NCBI RefSeq assembly: GCF_964355755.1
Contig: NC_092679.1
Span: 19,327,432-19,391,431 of the forward strand
DNA: 64,000 nt
Reading direction: 5' to 3'
Source of the DNA: Antedon mediterranea
Lineage: Eukaryota > Animalia > Echinodermata
Of the stretch, positions 12,667 to 26,272 are shown piece after piece (the first letter of the stretch is position 1; the number at the start of each line of letters is the position of its first letter). Below the pieces are notes generated by a model. The model searched no databases. It saw only the letters and a program-made list of their open reading frames with translations, and was not told where the DNA came from. The translations under genes were made by a program, and so were the position numbers.

Positions 12667-13857
12667 ATGGACCTAGTAAACAAGGAAGACTTTAGGCTAA
12701 ATACAGCTGATCTTATTCAACAGGTAAAGATTATATTAAAGATATCATTTATATAAACACTTATGTAGATTATTTGCTGTATCGCCCACAATTTTGTCAA
12801 TATATGAGCCTTCTCACTTAGGGTAGTTAGGCCTAGGCTAGGCCTACTACTACAAACCCATCTGATCATAGGCCTAGACAGAACAGTCCCCCACAACAAG
12901 CTCAGTCAGCTCCACCGTTGAGGTTGGATAGACGTGGCCTACGTTTGGGGGCGGAGGGCTATCTACGTATACCTTTTTTCTTATCTTTTGTGGATCACCA
13001 CCACCTTTAATATTCATTCAATTTTTCATTACATAATTTCTAAACATTTTCTACCTTTTAAATTATTTTCTGTTTTCCCCAAGCATATCATTAAATTTTA
13101 ACCTAAAAATATCAATAACATTATTTTTGTTAAATCACATTCATTTATATTTCATTTAGCATATTTACAGTATACCTTTATTTACTATGAAATACTTGAT
13201 TATCTCCTCTTCCAGCTTTCTCTTTTACTATGGCTAAACAAGAAAGAAGATGAAAGCAGTTTATATAAGCTTGTGACTTCATTAAGAGTTTGGTACGAAA
13301 TGTATTCCAGGGTTTCTTCGGAAGACGAAATCGATGCGTGCCGGGTATGTTGCGGTATTTTATTAATCCATGTTATTTTCCTCTCATGAGATGTTGCGGA
13401 CTTTCAGACAACAAAGCCCTACTAACTCTCTCTCACTTATTTTCTAAATACAATCATTAAATACAGTGGCACCCCTTTGAATTCAAAGCACGACCTCTTT
13501 TTTTAACTCACCAATTTGTGTTTCTTAAGTTATCATAATTATTTGGGGATGTCAAAGGGGGGGGGGGGGGGTGGTGGCATTTAATCAAATAAATATGTAA
13601 AGGCTGGTTTTAGTCAACATTGTCTAGAGGGATTTTTGTTAAAACTTTGGCAGCCAATATATTGTGATCTATATAGGCCGATTTTCTTTGTACTATTTTA
13701 ACAATTTCTTGCTTATTTTTTCGTACTCTTCTAGAATGAGACGGTCCTAAATATAGCAGACTACATCAAGAAACACCCCAATGCATCCAAAGAACAAATG
13801 ACTGCGGAAATCGCCAAACAAGTTCAGGCATTTGCACAAAAGGTTGATGCAATGTAG
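12667..13857 (+). CDS. Uncharacterised small protein, 102 aa, 3 exons
   Basis: join(12667..12723,13216..13344,13735..13857). AAAATGG start context, CAG|GTAAAG and CGG|GTATGT donors, polypyrimidine TTCCAG and TTCTAG acceptors, all phase 0, ending TAG TAA. Protein MDLVNKEDFRLNTADLIQQLSLLLWLNKKEDESSLYKLVTSLRVWYEMYSRVSSEDEIDACRNETVLNIADYIKKHPNASKEQMTAEIAKQVQAFAQKVDAM. Confidence 0.8.
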
Positions 13858-15807
13858 TAAATACTGTATGAGCAAGACAAAATAAGATAGAAACGTGTTG
13901 AAATTTTGCTATGTTTTACTGCAGTAATCCTATTCTAGTTGCTGCAGTACAATACCATTGCACACACTTTACTGCAGTAACCATAGTATATTATGATATT
14001 ATATCAACAACTATAGTTAAGCTCAACTAAAGACATTATTTACAGTATAGTAATGTAATATTTTTACAGCAATTTTTACATAATTTTTAATGTTAATTAT
14101 GATTATAAATATTTAGAAAAAATGGATAATAGAATTGTATATATTGATTATAACCTTAACTCTATTAATCTTATTTAATGCTATAGGCCTTTTTTTTAGT
14201 TGTCATTTAATGAATATAATGCATAATATAAATACTGTATACATACAGGGACAACAAAACATTGAGCAATGTTAATGTAATGTTAATAATCCCCATAAAT
14301 TATACACTTCGATAAGGGTTTCCGTTTACACGGGAAGTACCGGTATGGTGTACCCTAAATAGAGGTGTCAGATGAAGGGGATTCTGCTGTAATTTTGTTT
14401 CTTTTCAATTTCAATTTTTTCGTTTCTGTCGTATTTATATGGTGTTGATTTTTTTTTTTGTAATACAGTATCACGAACTTGTGTAAAAACAATCAATATT
14501 GATTGAACGAGTTGTACTGCACCTCAGTCTCGTGTCTAAATAAAGTTTATATATATATAAGCTTGGATGATTCATCGCTTATGATAGGTTAAACAATTGT
14601 ATTGACTTTCTAGCTTGCATTCCAGTGGTAACTAAATTTGATAATACAAAAATCTGTTTAGCATTCACTCATTATGTTTATACACTACTATATTAATTGT
14701 ATTAGTTATATCAAGGTTAATATTTTATACCACCTTTTCTATAGAATTTAAGATATTTTAAGATCTGATGGTTTAAGTTTTAAACTTAATGACTGAAACA
14801 GCAAATAGATGAAGAAACTCAGCTGTAGCACTTGGAGTAGTAATACAATTCTTGTTTTATAGTACAAAAAGCAAAATTAAAAATGATTTTTTTGCTGTGA
14901 AAAAATAACTATTATGTTTATATTAAGTGGTGTAAATAGTTTTAGTAATAATATTTTCTTTTCTTGGCAAAAGCGTCTAATATTTGCTCATTTTGCATCA
15001 GTGACAATAAAATGTGATATGTGAAAGTTAAAAATATACTTCCATTTAGTTTTATTTCAGTACATGAGTTGCATAATGTATACATCATCATATCACATCT
15101 CCTAGAAATTTTGCTAGGCGATATGAAATGGGTATAAGTAATGTCTTGAAAGTTTTTTTGAGGAGTAGGTTATGCCAATCCTATTATTAGTGTGCTGTGA
15201 AAAGTGTTACATGGTTATTACAGTAAAACCTCTAATAAGGGACTCTTTTTGGACCCAAAAGTGTACTGTATTACCAAAGATGTTATACACAGGATATTCT
15301 GCTCCATAATTTGTGCCGAACAACTGCATGATGGAAAGGATATTCTGCTTCATAAACTGTGCTGAATAACTGCATGATGGGAAGAATGGGTTACAGTAAC
15401 ACTAAATAGTTACATTCTCACAATAAGAAAAAAAATATACACAAGTACAGTATTACAATTTTATTGGTTTGCTTTTGACAAAAGATCTCAACCAAGAATA
15501 AATTAAATAGACAGAAAGACATACATATTCAAAAGTTACAAAGAAGATTTCATGATAATATTTTGAGCAGAAATTTTGTTTTTGAAATGACAAAATTTAA
15601 GGCACAATTTAGTGATAATCCTAAAATGTTACAACTGGAAACTAAAAATTTTGAAGGTAACTGTCAACGGGACTGATTGCTTTAAAATATTATATCTTAA
15701 CTTATGAGATAATCTTTTAAAATTCCAGTTTGACATGAGTTATATCCTTCATTCAATGCAAGCTACCAATGATTATTGGTAACATTTAAGGTTTAATTTC
15801 TAGTTAA

Positions 15808-15957
15808 AGATGTATTGTCCCCCTAAACAAATATTTTAAAAAATGTTGTTGCTGGTTTTTGGTTAAAATTAACCGTTTCGTTTGTCTTTTTATGTGAATA
15901 ACTGTATTAAAACTGCAAAATGGCCCATTTTTCAGGTTTTTGTGGGACAAAACATCT
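15808..15957. mobile_element. Kolobok-type MITE, internally deleted copy
   Basis: TTAA|AGATGTATTGTCCCC...GGGACAAAACATCT|TTAA. Confidence 0.65.
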
Positions 15958-17700
15958 TTAACTATAATAGCAAAGCAAAATCTTTTCAGAAAAATTTGCA
16001 TAATAATAATTGTATTGCTCCAATATCATTAAGAGTAAACATTTTATGTAATCTATTACTGGTAAAATTTAAATGAATCTTAAGTAAATAGTGACTTACC
16101 GAAATCAGGTTAGTCATGAAAGTGTCAAAGGTCAATTACATTTATTGGGCCTTTGTCGTATTAATGACCAATATAGGATTTAAATGATATGTACAAAATA
16201 TGTAACTAATTAATCAAATAAGTCATTAATTATGAATAGTATATACATGAATAAAGCTCTGTCTACACTAACAAACTAACAAAGTTTATGTGATTTTCCC
16301 ATATATGGACATGATGATGTCATATCAGTACCATATTTGGGCATATAACTATCATATTTGGGCATATAACTACCATATTTGGGCACATGACATTTTTTTT
16401 ATCAAACCAGTTTTATAGTGTAGCTAGCTTAAGAAAGACATTAGATCTTTTTAACACTTGCTACAACAAAAAGTACAAGTATATAAAGTACATACAGTGT
16501 AGTCTACAAAATATATTACAATACAATTCACTATTGTATTAGTTTACTAAGATTTTTTATAGTGGTGATTGAGCACTCTTGGGTGGTATGTGTGATATAT
16601 AACATTCAAATTAATTGAAATTTAACCTTGTTGAACTAAATAACTTTTACTAGCTATGGGTTGCAGCGCCCCTGCTTTAACCTGTCGGCCACTCCATTAT
16701 ACTCGAACATATACAGAATTTAGTTTTTGGTAAGGTGGTGGGGGATGAGGTTCCAATCACTCTTAATATGGTGTAGTATAGTACTGTGTGTGTATTTCTT
16801 TCACATATTATACAATACAGTCGTACATAGATATTCACAGTTTGGTTTCTACCCATTTCACATGCATAAATATGATTTGTTTAAACTAGAACAATTAAAG
16901 CCCATTTATTATACATAAAAAGATACATGTGTTCATGCAAATGAGGCATGCTTCTCTAAATTTGCATATTCAAATTACTTTGACCTTTAATCGGTCTAAG
17001 ACACTTTGGTTGCCATAGAAATTACAAGGTGATATTTTTCTAAATATAACAATAAGAGAAATAATAATGAAATTATACAGAAAATCATTGTATCAAGCTA
17101 CAATAAATATGTTGAAACAAATACAATTAAATAAATAATACATAACATTTATCCTAAACGCTAAGAAAATATTAAAACGAATAACGATTTGTTAAAAATT
17201 AACTTCATAATAAAAACTGTAGTATGACAGTTTTTCAAAAAAATTAAAATGTCCAAATCACTAACAGAACAAGATGTTAAAATAACACAACAACCATAAT
17301 ATTAATTTGTATACAAATATATTTTTGTGTATCAAGAATATCCTATCTATATTTCAGAACAAGATGCCTGAAAGAATTAGAAATTGAAATTTCAAATATA
17401 TACTATATTCCATATTTTTCTAATATAAATTCAGCATAAATTCATTACTTTTAACTTGCTGTATTATATTAGTACTTGTTTGAGGTCCAATATATATTCC
17501 AATATAAAGAATAAATCAAACTTATATTTATTTATCATATATTCTTAATAAGATTTATTGCACAGACTTTGGTATGTGTTATCTAATGTTGTATAGATAT
17601 CATTACACCATGGTATAATTTGTAAAAAATATTTGTTCCACCCAATAACATTGAATGATTATATTATTGAAGTAATATTTCCAAAGAAACTTATTACTAA

Positions 17701-17844
17701 AGCCATGTCTAGACTATCACACTTTAATGTGATAACAAAAATTGTCACTGTGCCCAAATCTGCTAGTGATATGATATTATCCAGCACATAAATGGACACA
17801 TCAAATTTGTTTGTCACATAAAATTTGATAGTGTAGACAGAGCT
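17701..17844. mobile_element. PIF/Harbinger-type MITE, family A
   Basis: Diverged left TIR and intact GTGTAGACAGAGCT|TTA right end; family-A interior. Confidence 0.7.
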
Positions 17845-18003
17845 TTAGAATAGAACCTTGGGGGGAGAGCATTTAACTTTTATTCCAACAGCACATGCCC
17901 AATTATAACTAGGCCTACTGAAAAGTAAAGGGTAAGTTAACAGTGAAAGTGTATACTCATAATCTCCATTTTCAGCGACCCTCGACCTTTAGCCATTTTC
18001 CCA

Positions 18004-21000
18004 TTAGTGACGTAGCATATTCTTGCTTGAAATGTCCCATTGTTGTACAGGTATGTCTGCATTGCACGCTTTCATGAGTACATCACGTTTCGACGCTACA
18101 TATTCTAGACACAGGTTCTGATCGGTTATTTTTAGTTGATGTGTTTCCTGAAAAAAAAAATTAAAATTTATGAAAAATCAAACAAAATCTTGACAGGATT
18201 TGAAGACCACAGGATTGGTAGCCGAGAATATTAACAACCAACAGTGGAATAACGCAGAGGCCCCTGGTTTAGGAACCCTAAGTTGCCCTTTAACCCGTTT
18301 TTAGCCTTTTTCAATTTAATGCCTGTTTATTTCTCTGGACACTGCTCAGGGGGCCCCATAAGCCCTGGGCCTCTGGGTTTAATAGCCAGTGAGCACTGGG
18401 GATGGTGATTGATAGTGTGATTTTTGTTGTACTGACATAGGTATAAAGACCATCCTCGAGTATAAGCCCACCACCTACTTTTGATAAATGTTTATAAGAC
18501 CAGAACTAATTTTGGAATCTTAGTAAGTAGTATATAAAGGAAAACATAGTTGATAACTAGGTCTAGCTGTTGTAGGGCTAGGCAATTTATGTTGATGGTG
18601 TGTGAGCCTATACCGCCATCGGTATGGTACATTCTTATCTTACCTCTACGTAAGTCCAATGGTACTTATCGCCAATTTCACATTTCCGTAATCGTACATC
18701 CCCTGATTTTGCATACGCACACTGATCATGCAATCTGAATTGCCCATCTTCAGTAACCCGGAACAACTGGTTTCCTCCACCTCCGTGGCAACCGGATGTG
18801 GCAATTTTACCACCATCACGCCTCCCCATGGAATCAACACATACTTTAGTGTTGAGTGCTTGAACCTAGCAAGGCAATATAAGTACAGAATTTGATCAAA
18901 CTAATGTATCAATATTTGAATGAGACACTTCAACTACTTTGAAGGAAAGGGGGTGGGGCAGGGTACTTTTTTTTAAGAAGGGGCATCTTTGCAAGTATAC
19001 ATACATATATATATATATTGATATAAAGTTTTTCGAACACCACATATGTAGTTCTGTAAAGAACTCAGTGTTGAGTTTCTTGATGCTTCGATCAATATAC
19101 TTGAGTGAGAATGATCTATTTATCGAAACATCGAGAAATTCAACAGTTCTTTTCAGAACTACATATATGGTGTACCACAAACATTATATCTATATATTAC
19201 TTTTGCCATGCAAACATTCAAACAATATAATGAGGTATACAATATAGTAAACATTGTAAACCAAACATTGATTGATGATCTTGCAATGTAAATGGTCTAC
19301 ACATACAACTGATGTATATTGACAAAATGTTGATTTAGGAAAATAATTTAAGCAGACTTACTTCACCCCATTTTATGTTGGCGGCCGGAAGAGGAAACTT
19401 AAGAGGGATATCTGGTGCTATTTCTGTCATGAACCAGTGGAAATTCTTGCAATTATGAGTCTTTTTAAACTCAAGCTGCTTCGTTAGGTCACCAGTATCT
19501 ACCATCAACGCATCTGGTTTACTTCGGTAGAAATATTTTGCGTAATCGTCAAACCAAACATCAACCACTCGTCTTAAATTCTAAAAGAAAAAAATCAAAT
19601 GTAAATTGTATTTATGAACATAAAAAAACAAGGTACTGTACTGTATTCTCTCTCTTACAAGTGGGAAATGGTTCAATGTTAATATATTTATTTACTATAT
19701 ATTTGTAAAATCTGTCAAGAGTCGAGCCAGGCTGGTAAAGTATTGTGAATCTGGTGAATTGGATCTACAAAAGGAATTAAAGCCCTTGTTTGAGACAACC
19801 ATATTCATGGGACATTTCCATTAAGGAAAACTTTTCTATGAAATGAACAGAGAGTAATATTGTAATTAGAAATAATACTTTTGGCCATGTTTTTGTTAAA
19901 GATATATTGTCCCCCTAAAAAAATATTTTTTTTACATTTTTTTGTTGAATATGTTATTTTAATGTCACATAATAGTTATTCACTCTCACAAAAAATTGGG
20001 TCTGAAAAAAATGTATTTACCTGAGAAAAATGTAATTTCAAGCCAAAAATGGTCAAATTGTCTGGAAGACAATGAGTTTTTGGGTAATTTAACTGTTTAT
20101 TTTGTCTTTCTATAGGTGAAATAATTTTTTCCCCCCGTTTTTTTTCTTATGGAAGTGAACAACTTCATTAAAACTGCAAAATGGCCTATTTAAAGTCCGA
20201 TTTTAAAAATCTTTATTTTTCATGATTTTGGGGGACAATACATCTTTAATATATTTACCATTATCAATAGAAAATGTAAAATGTATTATTATGTGATTTA
20301 TACTGCATTTGGAAAGTATTTATTTATGTGATATACTTTTTTGTTCACTTTGTCTGTTTTGTAAATGGTCCCCCTGACACAAGTTCTTTCTAGGTGATGC
20401 CACCATTTGTTTTTGTTTAAGATTTTATGAAAATAAAAATCTGTCTTACCCTTTGACCCAGTATAAGCATACTGCCATTAGGAGCAGAGTAAGGAACCCG
20501 TCCAAGAATCCTGTAGATGTGACCCACTCTTGAACAGGGTACCCATAGCAGGGACCCACCGCACATCCAGATTTTAAAAGATAATTCAAAGTTTTCACCT
20601 CCCCAAATCTCCAAGCCTTCATCGTAGGCCCCAAGTTCAAAGAAGTAGTTTTTGTCCATGGCAAACAAGCCGCCTGCCATAGCTGGTGATCTGTAAAAAT
20701 GAAAAATACTTGTGTGAATGTTATGCTAAGTTACTAGATTGTGATGATGGTAAAGTAAGATGCTTGACTGCCAATACCAGTGTCTAGGTCTCAAATTGTT
20801 ATTACCCGACGTCTCAGGCTGAAATTATGAATAATGCATGAGATTAAAAGTAGGGGATCCTCTCCCGCTGATCTGGTAGGCTCTACACTGATAGCTGCCG
20901 TGGGTCCATATAGGGCCGCATCCAAAATTCCTTAGTTTCCAGAGCTTGAGAATCAGAATAAATTTACAGTTACCTTTATTAATTACTGTCTATATTAAAG

Positions 21001-24000
21001 CTAGTCAACCTTTTTCCTAAATAATAATAATAATAGTTCATTCTTATATAGCGCTCTACAAGCAAGCTTCTCTAAGCGCTGAACATTATTACCCCAGTCA
21101 TTTTTTTTTTGGATCAAACACGTATGGAAACATACTCCCATAATGCAGCTAGTAATCAGCGCAAAGTTGTGTCTTGATCTAACCGGGTACCCATTTATAC
21201 ACCTAACCTTCTAAATAATCTCTCTCAACTATTAAAAAATACATAAAAGATTTCAATAAGATTTAAACCCAGCTCAACAACCTGAAATTCAGACAATTGC
21301 ACCACACAAGCTCATTGACACAACCTAGTTGATCTATCTCCATACTTATATAGCGCCACCTATAATTTCCTAATTGATACCATTATTAATCTCATGTATT
21401 ATTCATAATTTCTGCCTGAGATGTCGAGTAATTTTGCGTCCTGGGTTTCAAATCCTTAATAGAAACTATAATTTAATTTAATAAGTTTGACACTACTGTA
21501 AATACCTAAATCAATAATTTTGGTATTTGGTAAATATTGGTATATAATGCCTCTCTCCATTTGTAGTACATGTTTGAATCCATAACAAATATTTATATAT
21601 ACAAATTAACATTCTGTTTACGCTTTTCATTATTCTTGTAAGAAATCGGTAAGTCGAAATCCTCAAATATTTATAAAATGATGAATATTGTTTTCCACAA
21701 ACAAATTCCTCGCACTAACAAATCTGGGTGCAACCTCCGGAAAGCATCATTATAACAAACTTTAAGTCGGTTGATATCTTTTTTTTAAATGATTAGACCA
21801 TAAAGGAGAACAGTACATGTTAATACAATATGATCTGAACAAAAAACATTTGATTGATTTGGAGCAAGGTATGACAATTTCCTACATAAAACATTACCTC
21901 TTATACATGTCCCACCCTTTACAAATTACAGTGAGAACATATCAATTTACAGCCACCCGGCAGACTTTAATTTTCAATGCGTTGGATTGTTACAATACAG
22001 ATAAAATAAATTATGCAATACATATAAAATGTACTATAGAAACATGAGCATAAAATCAATACAGTATTGCCTGCGCCATCTGTAGCTAAAGAAGAATTAC
22101 GAGAATGTATTCATCATTAAATTTATTTATTGCATTAATTAATACAGTAATTACACTTCTATGATAATAAAATACCTGTATACAATCACACTAATAGATA
22201 ATAATTTTGCAGTCACTATTGTGTATTTTACCTGTATAGGAGACATTTTCATAAGGAAAATGTGTATAAAATCAAAGAACCTCTATAAAGTGGACACCTT
22301 CAGGACCCAACAAAGTATCCATTAACTATTCAGAGGACATCCCAATTAAACAATTTAATTAGGGTGTCCCCTGAATAGGGGTTGGCTGTAGTATTAAAAA
22401 AAGTATATTCTTGTTAATAGTGGTTTTCCTAAATAGTGGTGTCCTCTGAATAGTGGTGTCCAATATTTATATAACATCAGTAATCTTCTACAGTGATGTA
22501 GCCACAAGAAATAAAGTGGTTCGGTTTTCACAAGAAATGGGAACAATCTCTGTTCAAGCCACTGGGTTGTCAAAGGCCTCTGTGAAAAAGGTTGAAACCT
22601 TACCAACCGTACTGGTGGCTACGGTCCTATTCTAACATTAGGTAAATTGGGTATAAGTATTTCACAAAGTTTGTTATACTTTAACTAAAATGACCACTTA
22701 CCTCCATGGCTCTGTTGAATACCGTCGCCTTGCTTTTTCAAATTCCGGAAGATTAAAATGTTTCCAGTAAAGACTCCAATCAAACCCACCTCGATCTGGT
22801 TCTCCAGATCCTTGTGGATGGAATCTGTAATCTTGGTTGTCAATGACATCAATGATCGGGTTCACGACGGTCGTTCTAAAGAATAAAAGCAATTCAACAT
22901 ATAGTTTTTTATACATTTTTAATTTTTAGAATTGATATCCAATCACAGGACAAACCTAGAAAATATGCTCTACACAAAATGAAAAAAAAAATGAAACATA
23001 AAGAAAATTGTGGAGAATGAATTTTACCTATTAATAGGGATATTTCGCAACCTTACGAATACGATAACGAAAACGGATACGTCACACATTTGTGAAACTT
23101 TTGAGCTGATCCCCATTTCCTATTCGTAAAGCATATTCGTGTTGACGAATATCACCAGTCATATTCGTAACTACAAAACAAGTATAGTTTTTGATCTACT
23201 TTGCACATTTTGCATTTGAATCAGGAATGATTCATGATTATAATATAATTATACTTTTATTGAAAGTAATTTACTAAAGTAATTTACTAAAATGTCAGGT
23301 CAATTTTGATAAATAGCAGTTTTTAAAGTTGTCACTCGCTTTGATCTTACGCTAGGCCTAGGCAGCCAAGCACCAATCAACACGTACCTGCGCTTCGCTC
23401 AAATTTACCGCAGTCATATTTTGGACGGCGCCATCAATATTTCGTTGCCATGCGAAACAGATTTTTACAGACTTACGAAAAACGAATACGTGTGTGTGAC
23501 GTATCCGTTTTCGTTATCGTATTCGTAAGATTGCGAAACCTCCCTATTGTATGATATGTAAACAGTAAACATGCTACTACTACTAAAAAAAGAATCAACA
23601 AAGAAAAAAAAAAAATTTAATAAACAGAGTATTTTTAGGACGTACTATTGTAACTTATCGGCGCACTTCCATAAATGTGAGTTTCTATGGTTGAGCAAAC
23701 ATTATATATATATTTACTTTTTATTTTAGTTAATTATAAACACATGAAGTCTCACCTATTTTTAGCAATAGGTGTGAGCAGCGGTGGCAGCCAATTAAGG
23801 CCAACTTCGCAATGAGCATCCAGCCATAACAACACTTCACCAGACGCGTACTTGGCTCCGTTTATACGTGTGCGTATTAATCCTTCACGCCTCTCGTTGC
23901 GAAGTACCTTGACCTTATTTTGAAACTTTGGAAGTCTGGCGTAATCATCTAGGCGCTGTTTTAAATGATCTGAAATGTGTATTTTATTTTACTCATAATA

Positions 24001-25356
24001 ATTTAATTGATTAAATGCAAAGAAACATCTGTAAATATCACAAGCCACTTAATAAATACCTACTCAAATCAACAGCAATCAAATTTTACAGACTTTTCAA
24101 TTAAACCTATTTTCCACTAGGTGAATTTTATTTGCACAAATCGTTAGCGTCAGCTTATATTCAGGCATATTAATATATATAATTTGCCTAGTGGAAACTT
24201 TACATTGCTTGAACCGCTGGCATTGGTAGGTAAGCAACGTATTAATAATGTTAATAACCAAGCTACATAGAGTGAAGCACTAACCTTTTGTACTAAAGTC
24301 ATCTACCAGTATAATCTCATGTAGAAGCTCTGGCGGGGTTCGGTTCATTATGCTGTGGACATTTCGTAGCAGTGTCGACCATCCCTCATTGTGAAACACG
24401 ATGATCACGCTGGTCTTCGGAAGTTTTTCTGGGTAGTGCCAAAACTTACATCTGAAAAATTTAAATATGCAATAATAAATTAAAGACCAAAAAACCGTTC
24501 ATCATAAAGAAATCATATTGTAATTTCTGCCCCACTTTCATGATGTTCTTTTGACGATTATGCCAGGCCATACTTACTGTTCATTTCTTAAATCTGGAAT
24601 GTTTCTATCCAAAGAAATTTTATCACTGACATATTGGTTAAAACCATATTCTATAATTTTTTCATCTACAGCGGCTTTTTCCTCATGCAGTGTTTTTACA
24701 GGGACCCCATTCTCACCCGGCCCTTCTCGCGGTGCTTGTGGGGGTGGCTCGTAATTGCCTATAGTGTCTTTAAAAACAGCGCCATTTTGACTGTATTTGG
24801 TATTTAAATCATGACCAGGAGCACCGCCACCTTCATTAAAATCATATCGGTACGAGTTCTAGAAGAGAAATGAAACAAATAATGAAATATAAATATTTTG
24901 TTATAATTTTTTTTACAAAATTTTGATTTAGCATACCATAGAGATATTATAGTGAACTATAATATCTCTATGAGCATACCAACAGAATTCCAGTATTAAG
25001 TACAGATTTTTTTTTCATGCAAAAAACTATATATATAATCATAATTAATATTTTTTGAGAAGAAAAAATTATTATTTGACTGCAGGCGCTATACCTAAAG
25101 CTAGGCTGCAAATTCAAACAGGAACAGTAGCACACGACCGGATAGTAAACCCAATCAGTCAGTAGAACTAGTAGTAGGTACACAGTACTAAAAAAACAAA
25201 AACACACCGGCCTAAACTCACCTTCCTGTTATGTTTGTTTGCATCAGCTGCACCTAAATCATTCGAGAAAAAAACATTTCTAACAAATAATAAAACGACA
25301 ATGACTATAGTTAAGAGGTAGCATAATCTTCGATGTTTCAAACGAACTCTAGCCAT
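18004..25356 (-). CDS. GALNT7: Polypeptide N-acetylgalactosaminyltransferase 7-like, 598 aa
   Basis: Exons 25356-25222, 24858-24578, 24451-24285, 23969-23756, 22875-22702, 20690-20450, 19580-19362, 18865-18644, 18147-18004 (1797 nt, frame-consistent). N-terminal TM anchor, GNYEP...GPGENG stem, [24 protein letters not shown] (DxH), [27 protein letters not shown], and ricin-lectin [11 protein letters not shown] typical of the T7 subfamily. Confidence 0.93.
19900..20245. mobile_element. Kolobok-type MITE (about 350 bp)
   Basis: TTAA TSD on both sides; termini AGATATATTGTCCCC...GGGGACAATACATCT. Related copies at about 3325-3640, 5360-5470, 12420-12550, 36510-36700 and 43720-44082. Confidence 0.72.
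21020..21204 (-). mobile_element. 5'-truncated copy of the CORE-like SINE at 41453
   Basis: Reverse complement matches 41580-41760 (AGGTGTATAAATGGGTACC...TGCATTATGGGAGTATGTTTCCATACGTGTTTGATCC...GCGCTATATAA...(TTA)n). Confidence 0.85.
23035..23546. mobile_element. MITE with about 55-bp TIRs
   Basis: TAGGGATATTTCGCAACCTTACGAATACGATAACGAAAACGGATACGTCACACA ... TGTGTGACGTATCCGTTTTCGTTATCGTATTCGTAAGATTGCGAAACCTCCCTA. Confidence 0.8.
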
Positions 25357-26272
25357 GTTGTTTTTTAGTTCGAAACTAAGAACTCGTTATTAAAAAAATA
25401 AAAGTTCATGCCACGATTCAGTTTGATTGGTTTTTAAAGATAGAAATTACTCAAGCGAAGCGACAGCATCAATAATCGTTTGAGGTCGCTCGTCATAAGA
25501 GGTAAGAGATGTCGTTAGCAAAATTGAGGTTTAAATTACTTTGTTAGATCAGTATACTAACATAAAAAAGTGTGAGTAAAACCAAATATACAATGAGATG
25601 AATATAAAAATGGACATTTTTTGTTACTAGTTTATACCGAGTTCAGTTCACTATTTAAAAATGTTTACAATAACATGCGGCATATCCGGCGTTCCATAGT
25701 AAAATTGGCACAACGTTTAAAATACAAAAATTCCAACGAACCGCGCTCTGTTAGTGTTAGTTGGGTAAGCTAAAAAAGCGAAAACGTACCACAAATATAA
25801 CTAACTAATGTATTTTAATCAAAGTAAATAACAATTTAAGAATGTAGGCATTTTGTTCAGTCCAGTTTATACTATAAAAATGAGTATTTTCTATAAATAT
25901 TAAATATTGGGTTAGCCGCTATATAGGCCTAGGCCTCTAAACTAACGTAGGCCCTAGCCTAGTAGTAGGCTGGCCGGTACCAGCCTAGCCCCTCTCTGTA
26001 TACTATAGAAAGGATGCCCTATAGAAAGAGGCATACTAGCTAGAGGCCTAGACTAGGTCAGGGCCTTGCTTGGCTAGGTAGCCTGTTTATTTACTAGCTA
26101 GACTAGCCTAGTTAGTAGTAAAAGTAATAATGGCTATTTTTTATTAATTAATTAAAGAAGTGAGATACTGATAATAGCGGGAACAGAATTTGAACTCAAA
26201 CGATCTGGCCCAACCTAATTAATGAATTGTTGATATAAAGTTTGTTATTTACAGTTTAAAATACTCTTGATC
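25357..26272. promoter_or_regulatory. Probable bidirectional promoter region GALNT7/HYLS1, including a non-coding HYLS1 first exon and intron
   Basis: Start codons diverge 916 bp apart. CpG-containing tract about 25410-25790, donor TGG|GTAAGC near 25765, acceptor TTTACAG at 26254 just before the HYLS1 ATG. Confidence 0.55.
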
